DNA of 64,000 nucleotides, from the NCBI GenBank assembly GCA_002269645.1, contig NIVC01000452.1, forward strand, positions 62,001 through 126,000, in the 5' to 3' direction. The first letter of the stretch is position 1, and the number at the start of each line of letters is the position of its first letter. Source of the stretch: Macrostomum lignano. Lineage: Eukaryota. The position numbers were made by a program, and so were the translations under genes. Positions 1-12,799 of this stretch are shown one piece after another. The notes below the pieces were generated by a model that worked only from the letters and a program-made list of their open reading frames with translations, made no database searches and had not been told where the DNA came from.

Positions 1-3000
1 GCTGTCCGACTCGGACAGCCCGTCCGGTTAGCAGGTCGAGCGACAAAGCGGCGCACGCGTGCAGCCGAAGCGGCGTCCCAGCCGGGCAGTGGCAGGAGGC
101 GGCGGCCAGGCGGCTGAACACGGCGCCGCAGCGGGCCTCCAGTCCGAGGCGGCCAGCCAGCAGAGCGGCAATCTGCAGGCCGGTGACGGATCTGACAACA
201 GCCTGCCTGGCGTCCTCTAGCACAGCGTCTGTGCCGAACAGTACGGCTAGAGGAGCGCCGCGCTCGCCGCGTTCGACTGTGCCGCCGAGAACGACGACAA
301 CGGCGTCCCAGCTGGCCAGCAGCAGCCAGTGCGCCCACAGCTCCTGCGGCTCTCTGGTCCGGCGCCATTCGCCGCTAGCCGAACTGGGCGTCTCCGCGCC
401 TAATTGAGCCAGGTTGCTAAGCAATATAGAGTCCTTAGCAACGGCAGCTGGGAAGGTCAAGATTCGTTGATCGGCTACTAGGCGATAGATCTCGCGCAGC
501 CAGGCTCTCGAGGTGCACAGCAGCAGGCCGGAGTCCAGCACGCTAGACAGGAAAGCGGCCTCGGTGATTCGGGGGGCTCGAACCAGGCCCTGCGCCACCG
601 CAGCCAGGCGGAGGGTCCACAGAGATGCAAAGTACACCGCGTCCGCGTTTAGAGACCCGGCGCCGCCGGAGCTGTCTGGCTGGTCTTCAATTGTGATTAA
701 AGGGGATGGGGAGGCGGCTAGAGGCAGGTAGGAAACTTTTAAGGGACTTTAAGGCATCAGTGCGACTCTGATATAAATCAAAACAATTACTCCGAACAGG
801 ACACATTACACAGGCTCACATTACACTGGCTCACATTACACTGGCTCACATTACACAGGCTTACATTACACTGGCTCACATTACACTGACTTACATTACA
901 CAGGCTCACATTACACTGACTTACATTACACAGGCTCACATTACACTGGCTCACATTACACAGGCTCACATTACACTGGCTCACATTACACAGGCTCACA
1001 TTACACAGGCTCACATTACACTGGCTCACATTACACAGGCTCACATTACACAGGCTCACATTACACAGGCTCACATTACACAGGCTCACATTACACAGGC
1101 TCACATTACACTGGCTCACATTACACTGGCTCACATTACACTGACTTACATTACACTGGCTCACATTACACTGACTTACATTAAACTGGCTCACATTACA
1201 CTGACTTACATTACACTGACTTACATTACACTAGCTCACATTACACTGGCATTACACTGGCTCACATTACACTGGCATTACACTGGCTCACATTACACAG
1301 GCTCACATTACACTGGCTCACATTACACTTTTACGCATTACACTGGCACACATTACACTGGCTCACATTACACTTTACACATTACACTGGCTAACATTAC
1401 ACAGGCTCACATTACACTTATACACATTACACTGGCTAACATTACACAGGCCCACATTACACTTCTCAGCATACATGACAGAATCACCGTACACAGAGGC
1501 ACCAATTAGTTAAAGCGGGTTAGAAGTCCGTTAGACGGTAGACAAATGAATTAATCGAATTGCAAAAATGGTACATTTAACAAAAAAAGTTGCCGTCTCT
1601 TAAAATTTATCTAAAAAAACTTCTCCCATTACGCGCGTAGGAAACGCAGGTTTGTGCTTCAATTGAAATAAAAGTCTTTCAACGTGTGTCAGGTAAACAA
1701 ACTTATCAAATTAATTTTATTACCGTTTGAAGATTCCGACAGAACAGATAGAGCTGAAGCAGGTTTGATTGATATTGTCTCGCTATGGAGCATAAACAGG
1801 AACCAGAGCCGCTCACAAACAGGATTGAGACAATTAAGCGAGCATGCACTGAGCTAGTATAGTCAACCGGGGACCAGCATATCAACAAGCCAAACTCACC
1901 TGTACAAAAATCGCTGCTAAATGCCTGCAGTTGTTCGTCTAAATCGGCATCAGAGGCGGCCTCGCACAGCTGGGGCAGCAGCTGCACCATCAGCAGCACG
2001 TAATCGTTGGCGCACTGAGCCTGGTCATCCTGAGGCTGCTGCCCGCTATCCGAGCAGGCGCTGCTGGTAGCGGCAAACTCGGATGAGGCGTCACCAGTCG
2101 AGCTGTCGCCGTCCTGACAGACAGCGGCAGATGAAGCAGCCACGGCGGCGGCGGATGCGTCAAAGAAGGCCTCGGCGATGACGGCGGGATCGGCTAGCTC
2201 GGCTAGATCGGTCTTGGCGCAGCCGGCCAGCTGCTCAATTGTGGTGAGCAGGGTGTGCATCAGGTCTACGGATAGGTAGCGCAGGCCGCTGTCCGAGCTG
2301 CGGGACACCTGTCCGGAAAATGTCCAGATAATCAAAGTATTGATTACTTAATGTGCTAGCCGATGAGAAGTGCAGGGCCGCTGTAACACCCTGAGCGAGT
2401 CCGTGTGTGAGTGCGTGCTCAGAGATCAGCGGAACAGGTAGGGATGCTTGCCTCCTCGCTGGCTGTCGGATGGATCTGAGAGATTGCTAGAGGAATTGAA
2501 ATCAGTGCTAGGGGGGGGGGCGCCACAGTCAGTGCTAGGGAGGCGCCACAGTCAGTGCTAGTGGGGCGCCACAGTCAGTGCTAGTGGGGCGCCACAGTCA
2601 GTGCTAGTGGGGCGCCACAGTCAGTGCTAGTGGGGCGCCACAGTCAGTGCTAGTGGGGCGCCACAGTCAGTGCTAGTAGGGCGCTACAATCAGTGCTAGT
2701 GGGGCGCCACAGTCAGTGCTAGTGGGGCGCTACAATCAGTGCTAGTGGGGCGCCACAGTCAGTGCTAGTGGGGCGCTACAATCAGTGCTAGTGGGGTGCC
2801 ACAGTCAGTGCTAGTAGGGCGCTACAATCAGTGCTAGTGGGGCGCCACAGTCAGTGCTTGTGGGGCGCTACAATCAGTTCCGGGGGGCGCCACAGTCAGT
2901 GCTTGTGGGGCGCTACAATCAGTTCCGGGGGGCGCCACAGTGAATCAGTCAGTTCAAAGGCTAGGCTGCGGTTTTAGCCTAATGCTTAGAGCGTCGGACT

Positions 3001-6000
3001 CACGACTGAAAGGTCGGGGGTTCGATTCTCAGCCCATTCGGAGCAATTTGTGTCTTTGAGCAAGACACTTAACTCTGCAATGCTTCAGTTCACCCAGCTG
3101 TAAAATGGGTGCCAGCATTAGCTGGGGTAATTGAGGGTGTGTGGCGACCCCCCAGTTCTTGGACTGAACAGCCGTACGCAGCCTTCAGATGCGCCGCGCA
3201 ATAGCTGCGGCTGAGCTGTCGGTTGCACATCTCGCTTATTGGGACAGGTGTAATAAAATATTATTAATATTATCAAGCCAATGCCAGCCCACCTCAACAA
3301 TGCAGTCAACAACGATGCGCAGCAGGCCCAGATTGCTTCTAGCATCCAAAGGCCGGCCAGTGTCCGGGTCGAGCTTAGGCCCGGCCAATCGGAGCAGGCC
3401 GGCCGGGCTCTGCAGCAGCGGCCGAATCGCCCGCAGTGCCGGGGCTCGCATCTGCACTGGCGGGTACAGCAGCATCCGGTTGAACAGGGCCTGCATCGGC
3501 GTGTGCAGCGGGGCCCTGGCGCCAACCAGCCAGAGGCAGCGGACGGCCAGCTCGTAGCAGGCCCTCGCGGCTCCCTCAGGCAGCTCCGGCGCACCGCTGG
3601 ACACGCCGGAGCCGCGGCCGAGTGTTGGCGAGCCGCCTCCGCCGCTGCCGCTGCCGCCGCCGGGCCGTTCGCAGCGCTGATTGGCTAGCAGGCTTACAAG
3701 GCAGGGACACAGTCGGCGCCAGAGCAGCTCGGCAAATGCAACGGAATTGGCGCCAACACGGGCGGGCAGGCGGGCTAAGGCGCTGCCGAGGCCGTCTAGC
3801 AGGATGGGCAGGGAGGCCCGGTTCGATGTCGCTGCGGATTCGATCCGATCAACCAGGTGAGTCAGCAGATCCATCGCGCCACTCTCCCATTCTTCGCTGG
3901 AGGCGGACACTTCGGCGCCATTGTTGTCAGCTGTATCGGCGGCATTGTCGTCAATTCCACCGCAGCGTTCGATGTAGCCGCGCAACAGCTGGGTCAGGGT
4001 GGCCTTGGCGGCCATCTTCACTGCCGAATCCGCGCCAGATAGGGAGAATGCGTCAACGCATGCCTGCCAAGGGGAAACAGGGAATAGCTTTATAGGAACC
4101 TTTTGTTCCATTCTTCCTTCTTCACCCCTTGCTGCTATTCAATTCTGTCTTCGCATTGAAATCATTCAGATCATTCAGTCTCCTGTGGTCTCTCCTTTAG
4201 CATCTTCTAGATCTCCTTCAGTATCTTCTAGCTCTATTTCAGTATCCGCTCTCCTTCGGTCTCCTCTAGCTCTCTTTCAGTATCTTCTAGCTCTATTTCA
4301 GTATCAGCTCTCCTTCGGTCTCCTCTAGCTCTCCTTCAGTATCCTTCAGTATCTTCTAGCTCTATTTCAGTATCAGCTCTCCTTCAGTATCCAGCTCTCC
4401 TTCAGTTATCCTCTCTCCTTTAGCATCTTCTAGCTCTCCTTCAGTATCCTCTGTCTCTCCTTCAGTATCCTCTGTCTCTCCTTCAGTATCCTCTAGCTCT
4501 CCTTCAGTATCCTCTGTCTCTCCTTCAGTATCCTCTGTCTCTCCTTCAGTATCCTCTAGCTCTCCTTCAGTATCCTCTGTCTCTCCTTCAGTATCCTCTG
4601 TCTCTCCTTCAGTATCATCTGTCTCTCCTTCAGTATCCTCTGTCTCTCCTTCAGTATCATCTGTCTCTCCTTCAGTATCCTCTGTCTCTCCTTCAGTATC
4701 CTCTGTCTCTCCTTCAGTATCCTCTGTCTCTATTTCAGTATCCAGCTCTCCTTCAGTATCCTCTGTCTCTGTTTCAGTATCCAGCTCTCCTTCAGTATCC
4801 TCTGTCTCTGTTTCAGTATCCAGCTCTCCTTCAGTATCCTCTGTCTCTGTTTCAGTATCCAGCTCTCCTTCAGTTATCCTGTCTCTCCTTTAGCATCTTC
4901 TAGCTCTCCTTCATCATCCTCTGTCAATCCTTCAGTATCCTATAGCTCTCTTTCAGTATCCTGTCTCTCTTCTAGCTCTCCTTCAGTCTCCTCTAGCTCT
5001 CCTTAAGTATTTTAATAAATCAAAAAGTGAGCATTTAGACACAGAAGCTGATTGATCGCAGAGAGCAGCTTTTCACCAGGCAATATTTCCCTTTTCCCTT
5101 CATGTGTACTGCAAGCAAAATTATAAACCTTATACCGCATTAAAAAACGTATTGAATAGCATTCAATTTTTAAAGCAATCAACAACTACTGCACCCAAGA
5201 AATGTTTCACAATGCTCTGTGAAACACGCCCTGGGTGGCAAGCTGATTGAGTTTCTTATTGCTGGCATTTCAATCTCCAACATTCCTATAGCTCTCCTTC
5301 ATCTTCTCACTCTAAGTTATTAAACTTATTCCTTCCTCTCTCCTCTCCTTCCCTACTTCCCAGTCTATTCCTTACCTCTCTTCTCCCTCCCTGCTGTCCT
5401 CTCTTTCTCTCTGTCTCTCCTCTCCTTTCCCTCTCCTCTCCTTTCCCTCTCCTCTCCTTTCCCTCTCCTCTCCTCTCCTCCCCTTCTCTCCTCTCCTTTC
5501 CCTCACCTTCCCCTCTCCTCTCCTCACCTTCCCCTCTCCTCTCCTCTCCTTCCTCTCTCCTCTCCTCACCTTCCCCTCTCCTCTCCTCACCTTCCTCTCT
5601 CCTCTCCTCACCTTCCTCTCTCCTCTCCTCTCCTTCCCCTCTCCTCTCCTTCCTCTCTCCTCTCCTTCCCCTCTTCTCTCCTTCCTCTCTCCTCACCTTC
5701 CCCTCTCCTCTCCTCACCTTCCCCTCTCCTCTCCTCACCTTCCCCTCTCCTCTCCTTCCTCTCTCCTCTCCTCACCTTCCCCTCTCCTCTCCTCACCTTC
5801 CCCTCTCCTCTCCTCACCTTCTTCTCTCCTCTCCTCACCTTCCCCTCTCCTCTCCTCACCTTCCCCTCTCCTCTCCTCACCTTCTTCTCTCCTCTCCTCA
5901 CCTTCCTCTCTCCTCTCTCCTCACCTTCCCTCTCCTCACCTTCCTCTCTCCTCTTCTCTCCTTCCCTATTCCTCTCCTTCCCCTCTTCTATTCCCCTCTC

Positions 6001-9000
6001 TTCTCCCTTCCCTCCTCTCCTCTGATTGTAGCCCCTTGCCTCCTTTCCCTCTTTTTTGCGTCTCTGTATCCATATCTTGTTACAATAAGGTTAAAAGTTT
6101 GAGTATACAAGTACCAACATTAGCCATATTATTCAGTTTTGTTAAAATCAATAAAGTCACGAGCAAGATAGGTTAATTAAAAAAGCAAAAATATTGCATA
6201 CAATCAGATAGTTAAATTGGTGTAACAAACAAGTTACCACCGCCATTGGCGTTAAAAAACCATATTAAATAACGCGAAAGTTACGTCAAATAAAATTTCA
6301 AACCTGTGACTGCACCGATTCCGATTGTCCGCCCGCGCCAGCTGACATGGCCCGAGAGGCTTTGTCAGCTAGCGGCACAATCACCGAACTGATTGCGTCT
6401 TTGAGCCTATTGCGAGAGGCTGCGTACACTGACACACATAGCTGGTGGTTGGCGCGAATACAGGCTTACTGTTGTGTATTATAAAATACGGATAGACAGC
6501 TAGGCTACAATACATGATGTAATGTGGGGCTGGCGGTCACTCCCGAGTCTTGAAGCATTGCGGGGAGGTGGTGGTCACTCCCCAGTCTTGAAGCATTGCG
6601 GGGAGGTGGTGGTCACTCCCGAGTCTTGAAGCATTGCGGGAGGTGGGGCTGGTGGTCACTCCCGAGTCTTGAAGCATTGCGGGCAGGTGGGGCTGGTGGT
6701 CACTCCCGAGTCTTGAAGCATTGCGGGGAGGTGGGGCTGGTGGTCACTCCCGAGTCTTGAAGCATTGCGGGAGGTGGGGCTGGTGGTCACTCCCGAGTCT
6801 TGAAGCATTGCGGGCAGGTGGGGCTGGCGGTCACTCCCCAGTCTTGAAGCATTGCGGGGAGGTGGTGGTCACTCCTCAGTCTTGAAGCATTGCGGGGAGG
6901 TGGTGGTCACTCCCCAGTCTTGAAGCATTGCGGGGAGGTGGTGGTCACTCCTCAGTCTTGAAGCATTGCGGGCAGGTGGTGGTCACTCCCCAGTCTTGAA
7001 GCATTGCGGGAGGTGGGGCTGGCGGTCACTCCCGAGTCTTGAAGCATTGCGGGGAGGTGGGGCTGGCGGTCACTCCCGAGTCTTGAAGCATTGCGGGGAG
7101 GTGGGGCTGGCGGTCACTCCCGAGTCTTGAAGCAATGCGGGGAGGTGGGGCTGGCGGTCACTCCCCAGTCTTGAAGCATTGCGGGGAGGTGGGGCTGGCG
7201 GTCACTCCCGAGTCTTGAAGCAATGCGGGGAGGTGGGGCTGGCGGTCACTCCCGAGTCTTGAAGCATTGCGGGCAGGTGGGGCTGGCGGTCACTCCCCAG
7301 TCTTGAAGCATTGCGGGGAAGTGGTGGTCACTCCCCAGTCTTGAAGCATTGCGGGGAGGTGGTGGTCACTCCCCAGTCTTGAAGCATTGCGGGGAGGTGG
7401 TGGTCACTCCCCAGTCTTGAAGCATTGCGGGGAGGTGGTGGTCACTCCCGAGTCTTGAAGCATTGCGGGAGGTGGGGCTGGTGGTCACTCCCGAGTCTTG
7501 AAGCATTGCGGGCAGGTGGGGCTGGTGGTCACTCCCGAGTCTTGAAGCATTGCGGGGAGGTGGGGCTGGTGGTCACTCCCGAGTCTTGAAGCATTGCGGG
7601 AGGTGGGGCTGGTGGTCACTCCCGAGTCTTGAAGCATTGCGGGCAGGTGGGGCTGGCGGTCACTCCCCAGTCTTGAAGCATTGCGGGGAGGTGGTGGTCA
7701 CTCCCCAGTCTTGAAGCATTGCGGGGAGGTGGTGGTCACTCCCCAGTCTTGAAGCATTGCGGGGAGGTGGTGGTCACTCCTCAGTCTTGAAGCATTGCGG
7801 GCAGGTGGTGGTCACTCCCCAGTCTTGAAGCATTGCGGGAGGTGGGGCTGGCGGTCACTCCCGAGTCTTGAAGCATTGCGGGCAGGTGGGGCTGGCGGTC
7901 ACTCCCCAGTCTTGAAGCATTGCGGGGAGGTGGGGCTGGCGGTCACTCCCGAGTCTTGAAGCATTGCGGGGAGGTGGGGCTGGCGGTCACTCCCGAGTCT
8001 TGAAGCAATGCGGGGAGGTGGGGCTGGCGGTCACTCCCCAGTCTTGAAGCATTGCGGGGAGGTGGGGCTGGCGGTCACTCCCGAGTCTTGAAGCAATGCG
8101 GGGAGGTGGGGCTGGCGGTCACTCCCCAGTCTTGAAGCATTGCGGGGAGGTGGTGGTCACTCCCGAGTCTTAAAGCATTGCGGGGAGGTGGGGCTGGTGG
8201 TCACTCCCCAGTCTTGAAGCATTGCGGGGAGGTGGTGGTCACTCCCCAGTCTTGAAGCATTGCGGGGAGGTGGGGCTGGTGGTCACTCCCCAGTCTTGAA
8301 GCATTGCGGGGAGGTGGTGGTCACTCCCCAGTCTTGAAGCATTGCGGGGAGGTGGCGGTCACTCCTCAGTCTTGAAGCATTGCGGGGAGGTGGCGGTCAC
8401 TCCTCAGTCTTGAAGCATTGCGGGGAGGTGGCGGTCACTCTGGAGTCGTGAAACATCGCTGGGAGATGAAGCTGACAGCCACTTGAGCAATTAAAAAGCC
8501 GGACACCTGCCCTTATTCATGGTGTTAATAAATTTGTAGCTTCGAATCCAAACAAATGAAGCATTAGATCACTAATAACGTGAAATGAAATAGGAACTTT
8601 AAGAACAGCTGATGAGCATTTTTATTATATTTTGTCACAACAGAACAAATAAAAATTTTAAAGTATAGAGAAGCGTGTCACACAACAAATAAAACAGATT
8701 ATCTAAGTAACATTCTAGCAAGCGCTTATCTGCAGCTCACCTCAAGTACGCGATTGACAACCTTGCCATGCCAGACCCAGCAGCAGGTGCAAACCATGTC
8801 CAGTAACAGCCGCATCACCTCAATCTGTTGACGGGTGTGAATGCATTCCATAATTTATATAACTAGTCCTATAATTCATTAATATACCAACGATTCCCAA
8901 TAGTACTACAATCCACTACTTCTATAATTCACTAATCTTATAATCCACTAATTCCATAATCCACTAATTCTATAATCCACTAATTCTATAATACAATAAT

Positions 9001-9857
9001 CCTATACACCACTAGTCATATAATCCACTAATCCGAAAATCCACTAATCCTATAATCCACGAATCCGAAAATCCACTAATTCACTAATTCTATAATCCAC
9101 AAAATCTATAACCCACTAACCCGAGAATCCACTAATCCTATAATCCACTAATCCGAAAATCCACTAATCCTATAATCCACTAATCCTATAATCCACTAAT
9201 CCTATAATCCACTAATCCTATAATCCACTAATCCGAAAATCCACTAATCCGAAAATCCACTAATCCTATAATCCACTAATCCTATAATCCACTAATCCGA
9301 AAATCCACTAATCCGAAAATCCACTAATCCGAAAATCCACTAATCCGAAAATCCACTAATCCGAAAATCCACTAGTTCTATAATCCACTCTGTTCACACC
9401 AACCCACCTGCAGGTCATCAGGCAGAGAGTGCGTGGCCCACACGGCGTCCAGCACCTGCATTGGGGCCCAGTCGCGCTCCCGCTCGGACTCCATGGCGTC
9501 GCTGAACCGGGCGTCGTGCACCAGGCGTCGAATACCGCGCAGCGCGGCCGAAGCCAACGACCGGTTGCCGGACTCCAGCGCCAGCTGCAGCGGCTCGAGA
9601 CAGGCCGACCTGAGCTCGTGAGCTGGCACCGAGGACTGGCTTCGATCAGCTGAACTGCTGAGCATAGCCAGCGCCTTGTCCACTGACTGGCGCAGGCCGG
9701 ACACTTTGGCGCCATCTTTGGCGCACAGACTGGACAGGCAGGACTCGATACTGTCATCAGGGACTGACGATGGCGTTGGAGTTGCCGATTGGCTCGGCTG
9801 GCCTCCTTGCGGATGAGGCCGCTGCTGCTGCTGCTGAGGGCCGCTGACAACGCTCAT
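1..9857 (-). CDS. ARFGEF3: Brefeldin A-inhibited guanine nucleotide-exchange protein 3 (BIG3/ARFGEF3) homolog, 5' part; continues beyond the left edge
   Basis: Exons (minus strand): 9857-9408, 8824-8741, 4063-3293, 2308-1900, 717-<1; GT-AG with consistent phases 0,0,0,1. Peptides recall vertebrate BIG3: LRSACLEPLQLALESGN (cf. LREKCLLPLQLALESKN), SLPDDLQ|IEVMRLLL (cf. SLNEDLQVEVMKVLL), LNADAVY, AFLSSVLDSGLLLCTSRAWLREIY. In-frame stop upstream of the ATG at 9857. Confidence 0.9.
787..1465. repeat. 15-bp minisatellite (CACATTACACTGGCT variants), BIG3 intron 4
   Basis: Direct tandem repeats; source of the spurious (SQCNV)n ORF. Confidence 0.97.
2505..2945. repeat. 23-bp minisatellite (GCCACAGTCAGTGCTAGTGGGGC), BIG3 intron 3
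   Basis: Period 23 read directly (CTAGTGGGG at 2581 and 2604). Confidence 0.95.
2960..3275 (+). mobile_element. tRNA-derived CORE-type SINE
   Basis: tRNA-like head with A-box-like TAGCCTAATGCTTAG and B-box GGTTCGATTC; then GTGTCTTTGAGCAAGACACTTAACTC...CTTCAGTTCACCCAGCTGTAAAATGGG, resembling the MIR/CORE domain; ends in a TAATAAAATATTATTAATATTAT tail. Confidence 0.75.
4170..5010. repeat. ~21-bp minisatellite (CTCTCCTTCAGTATCCTCTGT), BIG3 intron 2
   Basis: Direct tandem repeats. Confidence 0.95.
5300..6050. repeat. Polypyrimidine low-complexity tract (CCTCT/CCTCACCTTCC units)
   Basis: Almost only C/T on the plus strand; source of the spurious R/G/E/K ORFs. Confidence 0.95.
6530..8445. repeat. 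38/44-bp minisatellite (GGTCACTCCCSAGTCTTGAAGCATTGCGGGGAGGT+/-GGGGCT), BIG3 intron 2
   Basis: About 45 tandem units in two length variants; the variant order near 6600 recurs near 7430. Confidence 0.97.
8900..9390. repeat. 16-bp minisatellite (ATCCACTAATCCTATA / ATCCACTAATCCGAAA), BIG3 intron 1
   Basis: Direct tandem repeats ending about 20 bp from the donor at 9407. Confidence 0.93.
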
Positions 9858-10199
9858 CTCAGCGGGCCCAGTGGTTCACAAGCCATCAATATTATCGAAT
9901 TCAATTGATGCCATTGCTTTACATGTCAGCCAAATAATAGTAAAATTGCTTATAGCCTACTGAGTAGTAGAACAGTACAAATTTTCTCTCGAATTTTTTA
10001 ATTTCTCTACAAGGTTTTTGATATTTTACGATTCCCTATCGTAATTTCATGGATTATTTTACTTTCTGATGGAATCATGTAGTCATTTTTCATACACTTT
10101 TACGGCAATATGCATTGTGTTCTTTTGACAGGTTGCGCCGTTGCGGTGGATACTTATGGAAGTAAAGGATTCTTATGGCAGTTTGCTGTGGATTTTTCA

Positions 10200-10480
10200 C
10201 TGCAAACTGGAAGAGTTTGTAATGGATTCTTATGGCAGTTTGTCTTGCATTCTTATGGCAGTTTGTCTTGGATTCTTATGGCAGTTTGTCTTGGATTCTT
10301 ATGGCAGTTTGTAATGGATTCTTATGGCAGTTTGTAATAGATTCTTATGGCAGTTTTTAGTGGATTCTGGTGGCAGTTTGTAGTGGATTCTGATGGCAGT
10401 TTGTAGTGGATTCTGATGGCAGTTTGTAGTGGATTCTGATGGCAGTTTGTAGTGGATTCTTTTGGCATATTGTAGTTTAT
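10200..10480. repeat. ~22-bp minisatellite (GGATTCTTATGGCAGTTTGT...)
   Basis: Direct tandem repeats between TPGS1 and the BIG3 start. Confidence 0.9.
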
Positions 10481-11374
10481 TTTTAGGGCAGTCTCAGCCC
10501 TCGTAAGAAAAGTACGGCTACACAGTCAAATTACATTGACTGTCAACAGAGATCAAAGTACTTCATAGAAAAACTGTGCCTATAGTACTGCTTTCTAGTT
10601 TAGACTGCAGTCTCTCTAAATAATGAAAATCTGCAGAAATTCAATACTTTAATCTTAAAAATTCTAATGCTCAAATTCACAAGTAGGCTAGAACTATTTT
10701 TCCTAACAAAACTATAGTACGAAATTCTAGAAAGACAGAAAAATCAATACAATTTAAAATATAAGCAATGTAGTGTAAAAAATTCTTAAGTCATTTTGTA
10801 ATTTCGTATTTTAACAGCACAGCCCGACAGACAAATTAGGACAATTGTGAAAAAAATAGCAGCATCACAGTAAAGTTCAGACTGTAGTTTCGCAGAAACC
10901 ATTGCATGCGAAAATTGCGAATAGCAGAAGAAAACATAGGACGGAATTGTAGCCAAAGGGCATAGATACATTGTTACCTGCTAGCCACAAAGACTTTCTG
11001 TTTCAATTATAGACAAACTGAGAATGTCTATGGCCGAAAGAGCATTGACTCAGCGCGAAGCCATCGAGAGGACTTCACGCCTGCATCCAAAGTTTAAATC
11101 CTACAGAATGAGATTAGTTTGGGCCATAGACAACTCGCAAATTTTCGACTAAGACACAAGAAAGTCGGCTTTAACATTTCGTCCTTATTGGCACCAAGGA
11201 CTACTGAAAAACTCAGGACGCACAACTTACACTTGGTAGATTTTTTTCAAGGCCCGCCTCAAAGTATTGTCTATGGTAAAAAGCCTCTACTAGATTTGAA
11301 GATTTGAATTGCAACGTTTGAAGTCGCGTTGCTTGTTGGAAAGTGTATGCATCAGTCGAGTTTACCGTCTTGAG

Positions 11375-11670
11375 CAGGGGCGTCGCCATGGATTTGACGA
11401 TGGAGGGGGGGACAAAGCCAAGAATTCAACATGTACATGTACATGACTAGATTCCTACATTTCCATTACTTTGAGAATCGTGTTGTCAGCGCTCATTTTG
11501 GCGCCGCAGGCACTCATTTTGGCGCTATATTTCAGCGCCCTGAAGAAAAATTATTGATTACAACAACGGGTCACAAAATGGGATGGGGGACAAAGCTGGC
11601 ATGTCCCCCATAGCTTTTACTGGGGTTGCTTTTTCTGGGGCTGTCCCTCCCCTCGGTGGCGACGCGCCTG
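11375..11670. mobile_element. Non-autonomous hAT-type MITE (296 bp)
   Basis: TIRs CAGGGGCGTCGCCA ... TGGCGACGCGCCTG (13/14); flanking 8-bp TSD GTCTTGAG (11367-11374) / GTCTCGAG (11671-11678), 7/8 match. Confidence 0.8.
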
Positions 11671-11950
11671 GTCTCGAGTGATTAAGTTGTCCTTGGTATA
11701 TATATGTATTTGCTCATAGAGACTTTTTACCATAGAGAATTCTTTCAGGCGGGCCCTTAAAAAGTTTCTACTAAGTTTAAGTTCTGCCTCCCGAGTTTTT
11801 CAGTAGTGTCCTTGATTGGCACTATAGAAGACGACCTACTTACTCGTTGATATATGCCCTCAGTCCGGGTTTTGTCTATGGCCCAACCTATTGTTATTCT
11901 ACAGGATTTCAACTTTCTACGAAAGGATCCTGAGCTGGCAGCGATCGCAG

Positions 11951-12799
11951 TTAATTCAACAGTAGTCGTTTAACAAAAACCCCGGCCGCTTCGGCCAAAA
12001 AGTCGGCCAAAGGCATCGGACTCTGCAGCGCCGCTAACTGTTGCTGCCTAGACGAAGCCAATGCCGACCGACCGCCGGTGCTTCTAGAAGAAGAATTCGC
12101 CGCTGGCGCCGGCGGCTTAGCATTAGCCAAGGCTTCCCTCAGCGAATACGGCGACAGACTGTCCATTCGATCGAACAAACTAGCGCCGCCGCCAATCTCG
12201 TCGGGTGCGATGGCGGCATCCAGCAGCTGCAGCAGGCAGGCGCAAGCTGCCCGATTATTACTGCCGGGCTTCAAGCAGCCGGCCACAACTTCGGCATCGG
12301 CGTACAGAGCTACACAATCGGCCATGTAAGCTTTGAAAGCCAGCACGGACATCACAGCCGAATAGAATCTGCCAAATTGTACAGCCGCCTGCGGTCGAAG
12401 GCGCAGCCGTTGAAGCAGCACACCGGAGCCGCCAGGCGGAGCGTCACGCAGCAGCAGTTCCATCAGCTGAGTAAAGTGCAAGCCGCATACGGCGTATTGT
12501 CTGCATTCGTCGCGTTGCATTTGGCGCAAACAATCGAAGGCCTCTTTAACTGAGAACAGAAAGCCGGGACTCTGCCAGTTGGCCTGGGTCAGGCTATTCT
12601 TGGCCTGCTCCAAGTCGGCTGGCCGGCCCTCCGTGCTGGCAAAGAATTCGGCAAGGTAAGCCAATGGGTCGGCCGGCTGTTGGGCGCCTAACCGACCGAG
12701 GGCCTCCTTAACCAGGCCTGGCACTCCGTGGCGAGTCAGGAAGGCTTTGTCAGATTCGCCACCACTTGGCGGAGGTGGCAACTGCTGCTGCTCAGACAT
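11951..12799 (-). CDS. TPGS1: Tubulin polyglutamylase complex subunit 1 homolog, uninterrupted ORF, 282 aa
   Basis: N-terminal RIIa-like docking motif AFLTRHGVPGLVKEALGRLGAQQPADPLAYLAEFF (cf. [35 protein letters not shown]); downstream LLQRLRLRPQAAVQFGRF recalls LLRKVQCRDHEAVPLSVF. Confidence 0.85.
   Translation of the reverse strand: MSEQQQLPPPPSGGESDKAFLTRHGVPGLVKEALGRLGAQQPADPLAYLAEFFASTEGRPADLEQAKNSLTQANWQSPGFLFSVKEAFDCLRQMQRDECRQYAVCGLHFTQLMELLLRDAPPGGSGVLLQRLRLRPQAAVQFGRFYSAVMSVLAFKAYMADCVALYADAEVVAGCLKPGSNNRAACACLLQLLDAAIAPDEIGGGASLFDRMDSLSPYSLREALANAKPPAPAANSSSRSTGGRSALASSRQQQLAALQSPMPLADFLAEAAGVFVKRLLLN

Noticed and set aside
560-600. Apparent frameshift in BIG3 exon 5
   Set aside because: Recounting the G6 run at 571-576 shows the frame is intact (CGA GCC CCC CGA ATC).
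6530-8445. CRISPR-like array (also considered for 23700-24730, 48475-50180 and 62735-63968)
   Set aside because: Head-to-tail repeats with no unique spacers, no cas genes, and a eukaryotic intron or intergenic context.
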